From positions 96,001 through 160,000 of the forward strand of contig CAVUWD010000014.1 in the NCBI GenBank assembly GCA_963745025.1: a stretch of 64,000 nt of DNA. The letters run 5' to 3'. Of this stretch, positions 49,841-60,870 are shown in pieces. The notes beneath the pieces are model-generated. The model did not search any database. It was not told where the DNA came from and saw only the letters and a program-made list of their open reading frames with translations. Positions within the stretch are counted from its first letter, which is position 1. Every line of letters begins with the position of its first letter. Position numbers and translations under genes: made by a program. Origin of the DNA: an uncultured delta proteobacterium (GTDB taxonomy: Bacteria > Desulfobacterota > Binatia > JACPRU01).

Positions 49841-50265
49841 TCGCAATCGATACCAACCTCCTCGTCTATGCGCACCGATCCGGCGTTCCCGAGCACCGCC
49901 GCTCGCGTCGCGCGATCGAGTCCGCAGCGCGCTCCGAGCGGGGCTGGGGGATCGCGTTGGCCAGCGTCGGCGAGTTCTGGAGCATCGTCACCCATCCGCT
50001 CGTCGGTCGAGCAGCGGCAACGGAACGCGCTTCGGCGTTCCTGCGGACGCTCGCCGCCCAGGCTGACATGCTCGTCTGGATTCCGGGGCCGGGCTTCGAG
50101 GCGCGACTCATGGAACGCGCCTGCGAGCTCGACGTCCGCGGGACACGGGTGTTCGACCTGCAAATCGCGCTCACCGCTCTCGATCACGGGGTCACAGAGA
50201 TCTGGACGCACGATGCCGGCTTCGTGAGGGTTCCGGGGATCATCGTGCGCGACCCGCTCACGTGA
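49837..50265 (+). CDS. vapC: VapC PIN-domain toxin
   Basis: IAIDTNLLVY, E, FD.QIA, WTHD..F acidic set. Confidence 0.88.
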   Translation: MIAIDTNLLVYAHRSGVPEHRRSRRAIESAARSERGWGIALASVGEFWSIVTHPLVGRAAATERASAFLRTLAAQADMLVWIPGPGFEARLMERACELDVRGTRVFDLQIALTALDHGVTEIWTHDAGFVRVPGIIVRDPLT

Positions 50266-50313
50266 ATCCTGCGCCACGCCTCGGTGTCCTCCGCCCACGA
50301 TTTTCGCTCGCCG

Positions 50314-50395
50314 GAGAAGGGGACGTTGTAACCGCTGGTAACCGATCAGGCGGAATCACAGAGGCGGTTACCAGCGGTTACAACGTTCCCTTCTC
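50314..50395. repeat. 31-bp inverted repeat upstream of zwf
   Basis: GAGAAGGGGACGTTGTAACCGCTGGTAACCG-N20-CGGTTACCAGCGGTTACAACGTTCCCTTCTC, with one G.T mismatch. Confidence 0.9.
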
Positions 50396-50443
50396 TTGTC
50401 CCCGCATTCGTGTCAGCTTCTTCGAATCTGAGGAGCCTCGACG

Positions 50444-52061
50444 ATGACCGCTAGCGAAAGTGGCAGTCGGCTCACCGCTTCCGTCTCCCCCGCTCACCGC
50501 GAAGGCCCGACCGAGGTGGGATCCGAGCTCATTCGCGCCGGGGATCCGGTCACGGTCGTGATCTTCGGCGCCTCCGGAGATCTCGCCAAACGCAAGCTCA
50601 TCCCCGCGCTCTACCGCCTCCAGGAGTCCGGTTACCTGACCGATCGCTATGCGGTGATCGGCTTCTCGCGCACGCCGATGAGCGACGAGGCCTACCGGGA
50701 GGGGATGCGCAAGGTGCTGTCCGAGACGGTGAACGACGGCGGCGAGGAGGTCTCGGCCGAGAACCCGCTCGTCGGCGCGCTCTACTACCACGCCGGCGAC
50801 GCGGACAAGCTCGAGTCGTTCCAATCGCTCAAGGCGAAGATCGAGCAAGTGGAGCGCGAGCGGAACCTGCCGGGGAATCGTCTCTTCTACCTCTCGGTGG
50901 CGCCGGAGTTCTTCGCGGTCATCGTCGGGCATCTCGCCGCGGCCGGCCTCATCCACGACAAGAACGAAACGGTCTGGTCTCGGGTGATCATCGAAAAGCC
51001 CTTCGGCCACGATCTCGAGAGCGCCCGCACGCTCAACACGGCGGTCACCAAGGTTCTCGACGAGAGCCAGATCTACCGCATCGATCACTACCTCGGGAAG
51101 GAAACGGTCCAGAACATTCTGTCGTTCCGCTTCGGCAACTCGATCTTCGAGCCGCTCTTCAACCAGAAGTACGTCGACAACGTGCAGATCACCGTCGCCG
51201 AGACGCTCGGCATGGAGGGCCGGCGCGGCGCTTACTACGACACGCGCCGGCGCGCTGCGCGACATGGTGCAGAACCACATGCTGCAGCTTCTCTGCCTGA
51301 TCGCCATGGAGCCCCCGTCGGCGCTCGAAGCGCAGTCGATCCGCGACGAGAAGGTCAAGGTGCTGCGCGCCCTCGACCCGCTGACGCGCAAGGAGGTCGC
51401 CGACTCGACGGTGCGCGGGCAGTACGGGGTCGGAGAGCAGGACGGCAAGGTCGTCAAGGGGTACCGTCAGGAAGAAGGCGTCAACCCGAAGTCCGTGACC
51501 GAGACCTACGTGGCGCTGCGCATCCGCATCGACAACTGGCGGTGGGCCGGCGTGCCGTTTCTGCTGCGCTCCGGAAAGCGTCTCGGCAAGCACGTCTCCG
51601 AGATCGCCGTGGCCTTCAAGCAGCCGCCGATGCACCTTTTCCGGCAATACGACGACGCCAGCGACGAGGTCGTCGTCGCGCGGCCGAAATCGAATCTCCT
51701 CGTGCTGCGCATTCAGCCCGACGAGGGCATCAGCCTCTCGTTCGCGTGCAAGCGGCCCGGAATCAAGATCCAGCTCGACGAAGTGCACATGGATTTCTTC
51801 TACGGGCGCGCCTTCCAGCAGCGCTCGCCGGAGGCCTACGAGCGATTGCTGCTCGACGCGCTCCGCGGCGATCCTTCGCTGTTCACGCGCTCCGACGAGG
51901 TCGACTACGCCTGGCGGTTCATCAGCTCCATCCATGAGGGTTGGGTGAGCCTGCCCCCGCCCGCGTTCCCGAACTATTATCCCTTCACCGACGGGCCCGA
52001 CGAAGCGAATCGGCTACTCGAGGGCACGCAGGCCCGCTGGCGTTCACTGGCCGAGATGTGA
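50444..52061 (+). CDS. zwf: Glucose-6-phosphate 1-dehydrogenase; frameshift near 51245
   Basis: GASGDLAKRK, EKPFG, RIDHYLGKE, QNHMLQ, RIQPDEG, EAYERL. Confidence 0.95.
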
Positions 52062-52159
52062 ACCGTCCGCCGCTTCGGGAAATCGTCGCGCGGGATCGGA
52101 ACGAGCTCGCCGGGCACGTTGCCGAGCGGATCTCGCCGGTGGAGGGGGAGACTCCGTGA
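52058..52159 (+). pseudogene. 33-aa probable 6-phosphogluconolactonase remnant
   Basis: [33 protein letters not shown]; GTGA overlaps with both zwf and glk. Confidence 0.55.
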
Positions 52160-53151
52160 AGTTCATTCTCGCCGGGGACATCGGCGGCACCAAGACGGAC
52201 CTGGCGATCTATTCGGTTTCGGCGGTCGAGCGAAACGGCGGCCCCTCGGTCGTCCGCGAAGGCACGTTTCCGAGCCGGCGGTACAAGGGGCTCGACAGGC
52301 TCGTCGCGGAGTTCCTCGCGGTCGAAGGGGAAACGATCCGCGCCGCCGCCTTCGGCATCGCCGGGCCGGTGCTCGACGATCGGGTGAAGACTACGAATCT
52401 GCCGTGGGTCGTTCGCCGGGCGAGTCTCGCGCGCCTGCTCGGCACGGAGCGCGTCCGCCTGATGAACGATCTCGAGTCCATGGCGTACGGCGGCCTGTTC
52501 CTGCCCCCGAAGCAGATCCATCGGCTCGCCCGCGGCAAACGGCGCGAAGGCACGATTGCGGTGATCGCCGCCGGCACCGGGCTCGGGCAAGGGTTTCTCT
52601 TCTGGGACGGCGAGCGCCACCACCCGGTGGGCACCGAAGGGGGGCACATCGACTTTGCGCCGCGCAACGACAAGGAGCTCGCGCTGCTCGTCTACTTGCA
52701 AAAGAAGTTCTCGCGGGTGTCCTACGAGCGCGTGCTGTCTGGGCCGGGGCTCGTCAACATCTTCTCGTTCTTCGACGAGGAGCTCGGGCGCCCCGTGTCG
52801 CCTCGCGTGCGCGAACGGCTGAAGACGGAGGATCCTGGCGCCGTGATCGGCGAGTCCGGCGTCGCCGGGAACTGCCCAACGTCCGTCGAGGCCGTCGAAA
52901 CGTTCGTGAGCCTCTATGGCGCCCAGGCGGGCAACCTCGCGCTCACCGTCATGGCACTCGGCGGGGTCCTCGTCGGCGGGGGAATCGCTCGAAAGCTGCT
53001 GCCGAAAATGACGGACGGTCTCTTCATGAGGTCGTTTCTCGACAAAGGCCGCTACCGCGCTCTCATGTCGACGATACCGGTCGGCGTGCTGATGGACCGG
53101 AAGACCGGGCTGCTCGGCGCCGCACACGCGGCTGCGGAGCTCCTTCGGTAA
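52156..53151 (+). CDS. glk: Glucokinase
   Basis: [35 protein letters not shown]. Confidence 0.93.
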   Translation: MKFILAGDIGGTKTDLAIYSVSAVERNGGPSVVREGTFPSRRYKGLDRLVAEFLAVEGETIRAAAFGIAGPVLDDRVKTTNLPWVVRRASLARLLGTERVRLMNDLESMAYGGLFLPPKQIHRLARGKRREGTIAVIAAGTGLGQGFLFWDGERHHPVGTEGGHIDFAPRNDKELALLVYLQKKFSRVSYERVLSGPGLVNIFSFFDEELGRPVSPRVRERLKTEDPGAVIGESGVAGNCPTSVEAVETFVSLYGAQAGNLALTVMALGGVLVGGGIARKLLPKMTDGLFMRSFLDKGRYRALMSTIPVGVLMDRKTGLLGAAHAAAELLR

Positions 53152-55858
53152 TGGCAGGGACGGGGGAAGAGCGGGGGCGTGGGGGTGGTTCCTCCGAAGG
53201 AGGAGCGTCCCGCGAACGCGCATGCGCTCGCGAACAGAACCGCATCGACGAGGCGGCTCGCCGCGCGGTGCACTGGCGCCGCTGGGGGCCGTATCTCAGC
53301 GAACGCCAGTGGGGAACCGTGCGCGAGGACTACAGCCGCGACGGCGCAGCCTGGGGCTACCTGACGCATGATCACGCGCGGTCGCGCGCCTATCGATGGG
53401 GCGAGGATGGCGTCGGCGGGATCTGCGACAACCACCAGCGGCTGTGCTTCGCGATCGCTCTGTGGAACGGCCGCGATGAGATTCTCAAGGAGCGCCTGTT
53501 CGGGCTCTCGGGGGCCGAGGGAAACCACGGCGAGGACGTGAAGGAGTACTACTTCTATCTCGATTCCACGCCGACCCACTCCTACCTGAAGTTTCTCTAC
53601 AAGTATCCGCAGGCGCCGTATCCCTACGCCTTGCTCCTCGACGAGAGCCGCCGCCGCGGGCGAACCCAGCCGGAGTTCGAGCTGCTCGACACGGGTGTAT
53701 TCGACGGCGATCGCTATTTCGACGTCTTCGTCGAATACGCCAAGGCGACGCACGAGGACGTGTTGATCCGCATCACCGCGATCAACCGCGGTCCGGAGCC
53801 GGCGACGCTCCATCTCCTACCCACGCTTTGGTACCGTAACACCTGGTCGTGGAGCCACGTCGCGCGGCGGCCGCGCCTTCGTGACCGCACGGCGAGCGCC
53901 GATTTCGCGACCATCGAGGCCGAGCACGAGACGCTCGGCAAGCGTTGGCTCCATGCCCGCGGCGCTCCCGAGCTGCTCTTCACCGAGAACGAGACGAATC
54001 TGAAGCGCTTCCCGACGCGCGCGATCGAGCGGCCCTACGTGAAGGATGCGTTTCACGAGTACCTCGTCCGCGGCCGACGAGAGGCGGTGAACCCGCAGCG
54101 CGTCGGTACCAAGGTGGCGGCGCACTATCCGTTGATGATGGCGCCCGGCGCGCAGGTGACGCTGGAGCTCCGCCTGCGCGAGACGAATCAACCGCGCAGG
54201 GGGTCTTCGGGGCGGAGTTCGACACCGTCTTCGCGCAGCGTCTCGCCGAGGCGAACGAGTTCTACGCCGCACTGCTTCCGTCCGCGCTCGACACAGACCG
54301 CCGCAACATCTGCCGGCAGGCATTCGCCGGGCTCTTGTGGGGCAAGCAGTTCTACAATTACGACGTCCCGACCTGGCTGCGCGGCGACCCTACGGAGCCG
54401 CCTCCGCCGGCGGAGCGGCTCCATGGCCGGAATTCCGACTGGACGCATCTTTACAACGAGGACGTGCTGTCGATGCCCGACAAGTGGGAGTATCCGTGGT
54501 ACGCCGCCTGGGACCTCGGTTTTCACTGCGTGGCGCTTGCGCTCGTCGACCCCGATTTCGCGAAGCGGCAGCTGAAGCTCTTGCTGCGCGAATGGTACAT
54601 GCATCCGAACGGCCAGATCCCCGCTTACGAATGGGCATTCGGCGACGTCAACCCGCCCGTGCACGCGTGGGCGTCCTGGCGCGTCTACAAGATCGAGGAG
54701 CGCCACGGCGGCCGCGTCGATCCGGTGTTCCTCGAGAAGGTCTTCCACAAGCTCCTGCTGAACTTCACCTGGTGGGTCAACCGCAAGGACCTCACGGGTA
54801 ACAACATCTTTCAGGGAGGCTTCCTCGGTCTCGACAACATCGGCGTCTTCGATCGCAGCGCGGAGCTCCCGGTCGGCGGATTCGTCGAGCAATCCGACGG
54901 CACGAGCTGGATGGGAATGTACTGTTTGAACCTGCTCGAGATCGCCATGGAGCTCGGCCGCCTGAATCCGAGCTACGAGGACGTGGCGAGCAAGTTCTTC
55001 GAGCACTTCATGTACATCGCGCACGCGATGAACACCCTCGGGCTCTGGGACGAGGACGACGGCTTCTTCTACGACGTGCTGCGCCTGCCGAACGGGCGGG
55101 TCCAGCCGCTCAAGGTGCGCTCGATGGTCGGGCTGATCCCCCTCCTCGCGGTCGGCACCGTCGGAGAAGAGGATCTCGTCAAGCTACCGCGCTTCCGCTC
55201 GCGGTTACTCTGGTTCGTGCGCAACCGGCCCGACATCTGCGAGACCGTCGCCAAGCTGAATCAACTCGGCCCGAGCAAGCGCCGCATCCTCTCGATCCTC
55301 AACGCCGAGCGCTTGCGGCGCGTGCTCAGGGTCATGCTCGACGAGACCGAGTTCCTCTCGCCGTACGGCGTGCGCGCGCTCTCGCACTACCACCGGAACC
55401 AACCCTACGTGCTCGCCGTCGACGGCACCGAGCATCGTGTGCAATACGAGCCCGCCGAGTCGTCGACGGAAATCTTCGGCGGCAACTCGAACTGGCGCGG
55501 TCCGATCTGGTTCCCGCTGAACTTCCTGATCATCGAGTCGCTACAGAAGTATCACTACTACTACGGCGACGACTTCCAGGTGGAGTTCCCGACCGGATCG
55601 GGCAACATGCTGACGCTCTGGGAGGTCGCCCGCGAGCTGTCGAAACGCCTGGCATCGATCTTCCTCCGCGACGAGAGCGGACGCCGACCCGTCTACGGCG
55701 GCACCGAGAAATTCCAGAGCGATCCCCACTGGCGCGACTTGATCCTCTTCCACGAGTACTTCCACGGCGACAACGGCGCCGGTATCGGCGCGAGCCACCA
55801 GACCGGATGGACCGCACTCGTCGCCAAGCTGCTGCTGCAGATCGCGGGTCAAGCATGA
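53151..55858 (+). CDS. GH63-like (MGH1-like) glucosidase; frameshift near 54195
   Basis: [58 protein letters not shown]. Confidence 0.9.
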
Positions 55859-55961
55859 AAGCCGGCCACCGGCTTCCACCAAGGGTTCGCGGAGTCGTTT
55901 GCGGTAGCCCGTGGAAACTCGAACAGGTCGATCAGTTCGGAGCTGAGCGGGATACGGAGAC

Positions 55962-56708
55962 GTGCCGAAGATCCTGATCGTCACCGGCGCTAGCCGCGGT
56001 ATCGGCGCTGCGACCGCCCGTCTGGCGGCGCTACGCGGCTACGCCGTTTGCGTGAACTATCGCCGCAATCAATCCGCGGCGGACGCCGTAGTCGGCGACA
56101 TCGTCCGTGAGGGCGGCACGGCGATTGCGGTCGGCGCCGACGTCAGCTCCGAGGCCGAGGTCGTCCGCTTGTTCGAAGCCGTCGATCGATCGCTCGGTCC
56201 GGTGAGCGCACTGGTGAACAACGCCGGCATCGTCGAGCGGCAAACGCGCGTCGAGCACATGGACGGCAACCGGCTGAGCCGCGTGCTCGCGACGAACGTG
56301 ACCGCATGCTTCTTGTGCGCTCGCGAGGCCGTCCGGCGCATGTCGACGAGGAACGGCGGCGCCGGAGGGGCGATCGTCAACGTCTCTTCGGCCGCCTCGC
56401 GCATCGGCTCGCCGAACGAGTACGTCGACTACGCCGCCTCCAAGGCTGCCATCGACGCGCTGACGATCGGCCTGGCGAAGGAGGTCGCCACCGAAGGCAT
56501 TCGCGTGAACGCGGTACGCCCCGGCGTGATCTATACCGAGATTCACGCCAGCGGCGGCGAGCCGGACCGCGTGGACCGCGTCAAGGAATCCATCCCCATG
56601 AAGCGAGGCGGCCAAGCCGAGGAGGTCGCGAAGGCGATTCTCTGGCTGCTGTCCGACGAAGCCTCGTATTCGACCGGCGCGATCATCGACGTCGCCGGCG
56701 GCCGCTGA
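55962..56708 (+). CDS. SDR oxidoreductase (YgfF-like)
   Basis: TGASRGIG, NNAG, YAASK. Confidence 0.92.
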   Translation: MPKILIVTGASRGIGAATARLAALRGYAVCVNYRRNQSAADAVVGDIVREGGTAIAVGADVSSEAEVVRLFEAVDRSLGPVSALVNNAGIVERQTRVEHMDGNRLSRVLATNVTACFLCAREAVRRMSTRNGGAGGAIVNVSSAASRIGSPNEYVDYAASKAAIDALTIGLAKEVATEGIRVNAVRPGVIYTEIHASGGEPDRVDRVKESIPMKRGGQAEEVAKAILWLLSDEASYSTGAIIDVAGGR

Positions 56709-56848
56709 CCGCACCGGGAAAAGGGGGCGGTCCCGTCTCCCCGCCACAGCTCGAGCCCGCCCCGGCGGCGCAGCCGAAGCAGTGGCTCGCGGTGGCAATC
56801 GGCCGTCGGCCGCAGGCAGCGGCCGCCGACCCGCTGTTGGTTGCGTGC

Positions 56849-58721
56849 CTACGGCACGTCGACGTTCTTGATGGTGACAGGGTGGTTCCCGGTCGGCACG
56901 CCAGCCTTCGAGAAGTTGCCGCTGCCATTCGTCGTCGTCGAGCCTCCGCCGTTGCCGATCTTGATCGTCTTGCCGACCTCGCCGACCCCGTCGACCGAGA
57001 CTTTGCCCGAGTATGTGCCGGCGCCACAGTACTGCTTGATCTTGATCGTGTAGGTGCCGGGGCTCACCGACGAGAAGGTGTAGTTGCCGCTGCCGTGGGT
57101 CGTGGTCGTCGTGACAGTGGAGCCCCCCTGCCTGAGCAGCACGGTCTTGCCGTTCTGGCCGACACCGTTGACGCGGAGGTTACCGGTCACGGCCGTGGCC
57201 GCGCCGATGCTGGTCTGGGCAATCCAGGTGCCCCATTCGGCGCCGCCCTCGATCCGCGCGTACTCGCCGGAGACCCAGGCTTTACTCTGGTCGGACGGAT
57301 CGATGGCCACCGAGGAGAAGTCACCCCAGCGCGGGACGGGGGGGTCGTAGTGGGCCGTACCCGCCTTGATCAAGGTCGGGGACTGATAGGTGTTCAGGGC
57401 GTTGCTGGCTGGGCCGGCCGCTGGCCCATACCCCGGCGAACTCGTTCGCCGAGGAGCGCGAGAAGACCGAGATCACGTCACCCGCGCTGGTGATCGTGAG
57501 CGCCGGGAAATACATGTAGATGCCGCTGAGTCCGAAGTCGAAGTCTTGATTGACGGTCGCCGTCGTCGCCGGGTTCAAGATCTCGATCACCCGCAGGCAG
57601 GCGCGCGTCGAACCGTCCCCGGGGGGAATGCAGCCCGAAGTGCCCGTCGTGAAGAGCGAACCGTCCCGGAAAGCGGCATCCAGCAGCCGGTTGTCGTTGG
57701 TAGCGATCCGTGGCGCGCCGCCACTCTGCTTGGCATCGGGCGGGACCGCGATGCTCCCGATGGTGCGGTCCACCGTCGAGGAGCTGGTGCCACCACCCAC
57801 GCCCGGAACGCCCGTGACCCGGTAGACCCGGAGGGTCGTGCCGATGTGCGGGTACATCGTCATGTAGATGGTGTTGTCAGACGACAGGTTCTGCGCAGCG
57901 CGGATCGTGAAAGCGGTGTTGTCGGGCGCGAAGAAGTCGGCCGCCGCCGCCGCCGCGCCGGCCACCAGGCTCGCCTTGTCGATGACGAGGAACTCGGCGC
58001 CCTGGAAGGTTGTGCCGCACGGGTTCGTGCACAGGAAGGCGTTAGCCGTCAGAACGACCTTGTCGTCGCTGATCCCCATGTTGGGGAAGTCGGGCAGGCT
58101 GTCGGGTGTGATAGCCTGGTACAGTACGAAGGAGCCCGTGGGGTCGTTGCTGGTCGAGACCGCCAGCAGCCAGCGGGAACCGCCGTTCTCGACGGTGATC
58201 ATGCCGACGAACCAGCGGTTCGTGGTCGGGTCGAAGCGCATGATCGGGTCCGTGAGCGCGACCCCGGGGACGGCGAAGAACGTGTTGAGGTTGATGGTGG
58301 AGATGGTTCCGCCGGTGGTCTTGTTGAAAATCCGGCCCGCCACGTTGACCGCCTCGAAGACATGGTTGGGACCAACGGCCGTAGCGTTGTCCGGCGGGAT
58401 GAACCCGGCGGTGTCCGAGAAGCGCAGGCCGATGAAGTTGGTGAGCAGGTTGACGTTCAGCGGCCCGACAGTCACTTCCGGCTCCTCGGCGCCCTCGGCC
58501 CCACCAGCGTCGGCTGCCGCCTTCTCGTCCTGCAGACGCTCCGAGTCGGGGTGGAGCTGCCGCTCCCGTTGGAAGAATACAGGCGGATTCGGGTCCACAT
58601 CCGCCTGTGGTAACTGGCTGACGTTCACCGTCGCATAGGGCTGGATCACGACGTGCTGGCCCGACTGGGCCTGGGCCCCGAGGGGCGTCAAGAGCAGCAG
58701 CAGCGTAGCGAGGACAAACAT
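56849..58721 (-). CDS. Secreted protein with two C-terminal carboxypeptidase-regulatory-like repeats; frameshift near 57415
   Basis: Signal peptide ending AQA; PPD...AVGPNH; WGDFS...DP..W..GEY; two repeats of GVG..GKT...TT.GSGN....V..G...I.IK. Confidence 0.7.
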
Positions 58722-58824
58722 CGTCGCGACGACACCCGTCGCCTGTCGAATGCTGCCACCCTGTCTATGAAATGCCTCCTCGGAGATCGATACGGAATTC
58801 GGACGCTTGCGGCGCCTTTCCTCA

Positions 58825-59421
58825 CTACCCAACCAAGCTCGCGACGATCGCGTCGACCGCGTGCGCCGCCATGGCGCGAAGCTCGTCGTCGGTCCGGTCC
58901 TGTACCGGATGCGGGACGTAGACGGCCGCTGGATCGGAGCCGAGCGCACGCGCCTGACGCTCGGCGCCGTCGACGAACGCTTCGGTGGCGACGAACACGC
59001 CGGGAATCCCGCGGCTCTCGAGGTCGACGATGTCGTGCACACTGCACGACGTGCACGATCCTCAATCGGCGAGCGCTTCGATGACCGCATGGCAGCGCGC
59101 GGCGATCTCGTGGCGGAGATCGACCGGCGCCGGCTTCGTGAAGGTCGGCTTCGTGAAGCGCACGACCTCGGCGCCGCGGCTGCGAAGTAGCTCGCCCACG
59201 CGGTCGAGGAAGACGTCGCCGCGGGGCTTGGAGATGTCGAGAAGGCCGAGCTTCCGCCCGGCGAGCGAGGCAAGCCGCGGGGCGCGCGGTCGGATCGCGA
59301 GCGTACGCTCGCTCGTGGGATCGAGCAGGATACGCGTCTTTCCGTCGTTCGCGACAGCGTTACGTCGCTCCCTCTGGTCGGCACGCCGGCTCCGGCTAAA
59401 CGTCCTACCAAACTCGCTCAT
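58825..59421 (-). CDS. UGSC-family selenoprotein, Sec at TGA 59062-59064
   Basis: LDPT...GLLDISKPRGDVFL...KP.F..PA...IEALAD-TGA-GSCTSCSVHD...E.RGIP.V...HP in one frame; ATGA overlap with the upstream gene. Confidence 0.9.
59032..59050 (-). promoter_or_regulatory. SECIS-like hairpin of the UGSC gene
   Basis: Perfect 8-bp stem GUCGUGCA-GUG-UGCACGAC; the loop starts 19 nt after UGA. Confidence 0.65.
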
Positions 59422-60863
59422 GGCCGAATCTCCTTCAGAACGGGCGTGCTGCCGATCGCGCCGCTCGCCCAGCCGCCGATCATGACCGAGAAGAGACCCG
59501 CCGGTCCACCCGCGTGGACGACGCGAAGGCCCCCCGGACGGAACTTTGGCAGCGTCGCGCCGGCGAGATGCGCGGGCACGCCCTCGGCGATGCCGCCGGC
59601 GCCGCGGACGAGCTCTTGTCCCGGTATCTGCAAGAGCTCGCCGAGCCGTGCGAGCAGCTTGTCCTTGCTCCAGCCCGCCTCGCGGAAGACGCGCGAGTGC
59701 TCCGGGCCGATCACCAAGAAGCAATCGAAGACCATCACCAGCTTCGGGTGATGGAGGGTCCGCAGATTCACCGCAAGCGTGCGCGCCAGCGATTCGGGGT
59801 CGCGCGACAGCTGATCCACGATGCAGCGAGGGCCTTCGCCCGCGAACAGCGTAACCGTGTTCGCTCCCGGCTTCGCTCCGAAGTCCACCGACAGCGGCGG
59901 CCACGGAGAGCCTTCTTCGTCCTCGGCGAACGACAGCCCGACCTTCCCCGGGTTTCCGTGGGTCGCGCGGTCGACCTCGCCGGGCCGTCCACCGCCGACG
60001 TTGCGGACCACGAGCTGAAGCGCGCGGCCGATCGTCGAGTTCGCCCGGTTTCCCTGACCGAGCACGTTGATCCCAGAGTTCATGCCGATCGCCCGCCGGA
60101 TCGGTCCGTTGACGATGATGACCGGGCCGACCGGCATCGTGGTCGCGAGCACTCCATGCGCATTGAACTCCTCGGTGCAGGCGGCCTCTACGGCGGCGAG
60201 CACGACGGGCAGGTACTCGGGCTTGCATCCCGCCATGACGGCGTTCACCGCCACCTTCTCGACCGTGCACTCGACGAGGTCCGGCGGCACCACGGCGACG
60301 ATCTCGTCCGGCCTCCGTCGCGTGCCTTCGAGCATCGCCATCACCCGGCGCTCGGTCGGCGGCACGACAGGAAGACCATCGGTCCAGCCGCGCCCGAAGA
60401 GCGCCTCGTGCTCGTCTTCGAGCGCGGCGAGCTCGACGCGCCGGGAACGCAGGCGCGAGCCCCCGAAACGGACGAGCAGCTCCCCTTGCCGGTCGGGATC
60501 GACGCTCAACGAACCGCATCCGGGGCGGTACGGAGGCAGCTCGGGTCCGAGGTCGGCGACGCCAGTCAGCTCTTCCCATTCGCCACGGTGCCAGCCGACT
60601 GCGCGCCCCGTCACCTCTCCGTTCTCCACGCGGAGGAGCGTCGGCACGGCCTCGATACCGTGATGCCACGACAATTCGAGCAGGCGGTCGTCGATGATCT
60701 TCGTTCCGGGCGGAAACGCGGGGTCGTCCTGGCTGACGACCGTGATCTCCGCGTCGCGAGCGAGCCGAGCGAGAACCGGCGCCACCAGGACGCAGGTCGG
60801 GCAATCGTGCTTGACGAAGGCGACCAGACCGGAAGGAAGCGACGGCTTGACGGTCTCCGACAT
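59418..60863 (-). CDS. Thioredoxin-like (CPTC) domain fused to an uncharacterised UGSC-associated domain
   Basis: KHDCPTC...VPT, PGCGS linker, GWTDGLPVVPPT, A.NAVMAGC.PEY, NRANSTIGRA. Confidence 0.8.
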   Translation of the reverse strand: MSETVKPSLPSGLVAFVKHDCPTCVLVAPVLARLARDAEITVVSQDDPAFPPGTKIIDDRLLELSWHHGIEAVPTLLRVENGEVTGRAVGWHRGEWEELTGVADLGPELPPYRPGCGSLSVDPDRQGELLVRFGGSRLRSRRVELAALEDEHEALFGRGWTDGLPVVPPTERRVMAMLEGTRRRPDEIVAVVPPDLVECTVEKVAVNAVMAGCKPEYLPVVLAAVEAACTEEFNAHGVLATTMPVGPVIIVNGPIRRAIGMNSGINVLGQGNRANSTIGRALQLVVRNVGGGRPGEVDRATHGNPGKVGLSFAEDEEGSPWPPLSVDFGAKPGANTVTLFAGEGPRCIVDQLSRDPESLARTLAVNLRTLHHPKLVMVFDCFLVIGPEHSRVFREAGWSKDKLLARLGELLQIPGQELVRGAGGIAEGVPAHLAGATLPKFRPGGLRVVHAGGPAGLFSVMIGGWASGAIGSTPVLKEIRP

Positions 60864-60870
60864 TCCCGAG

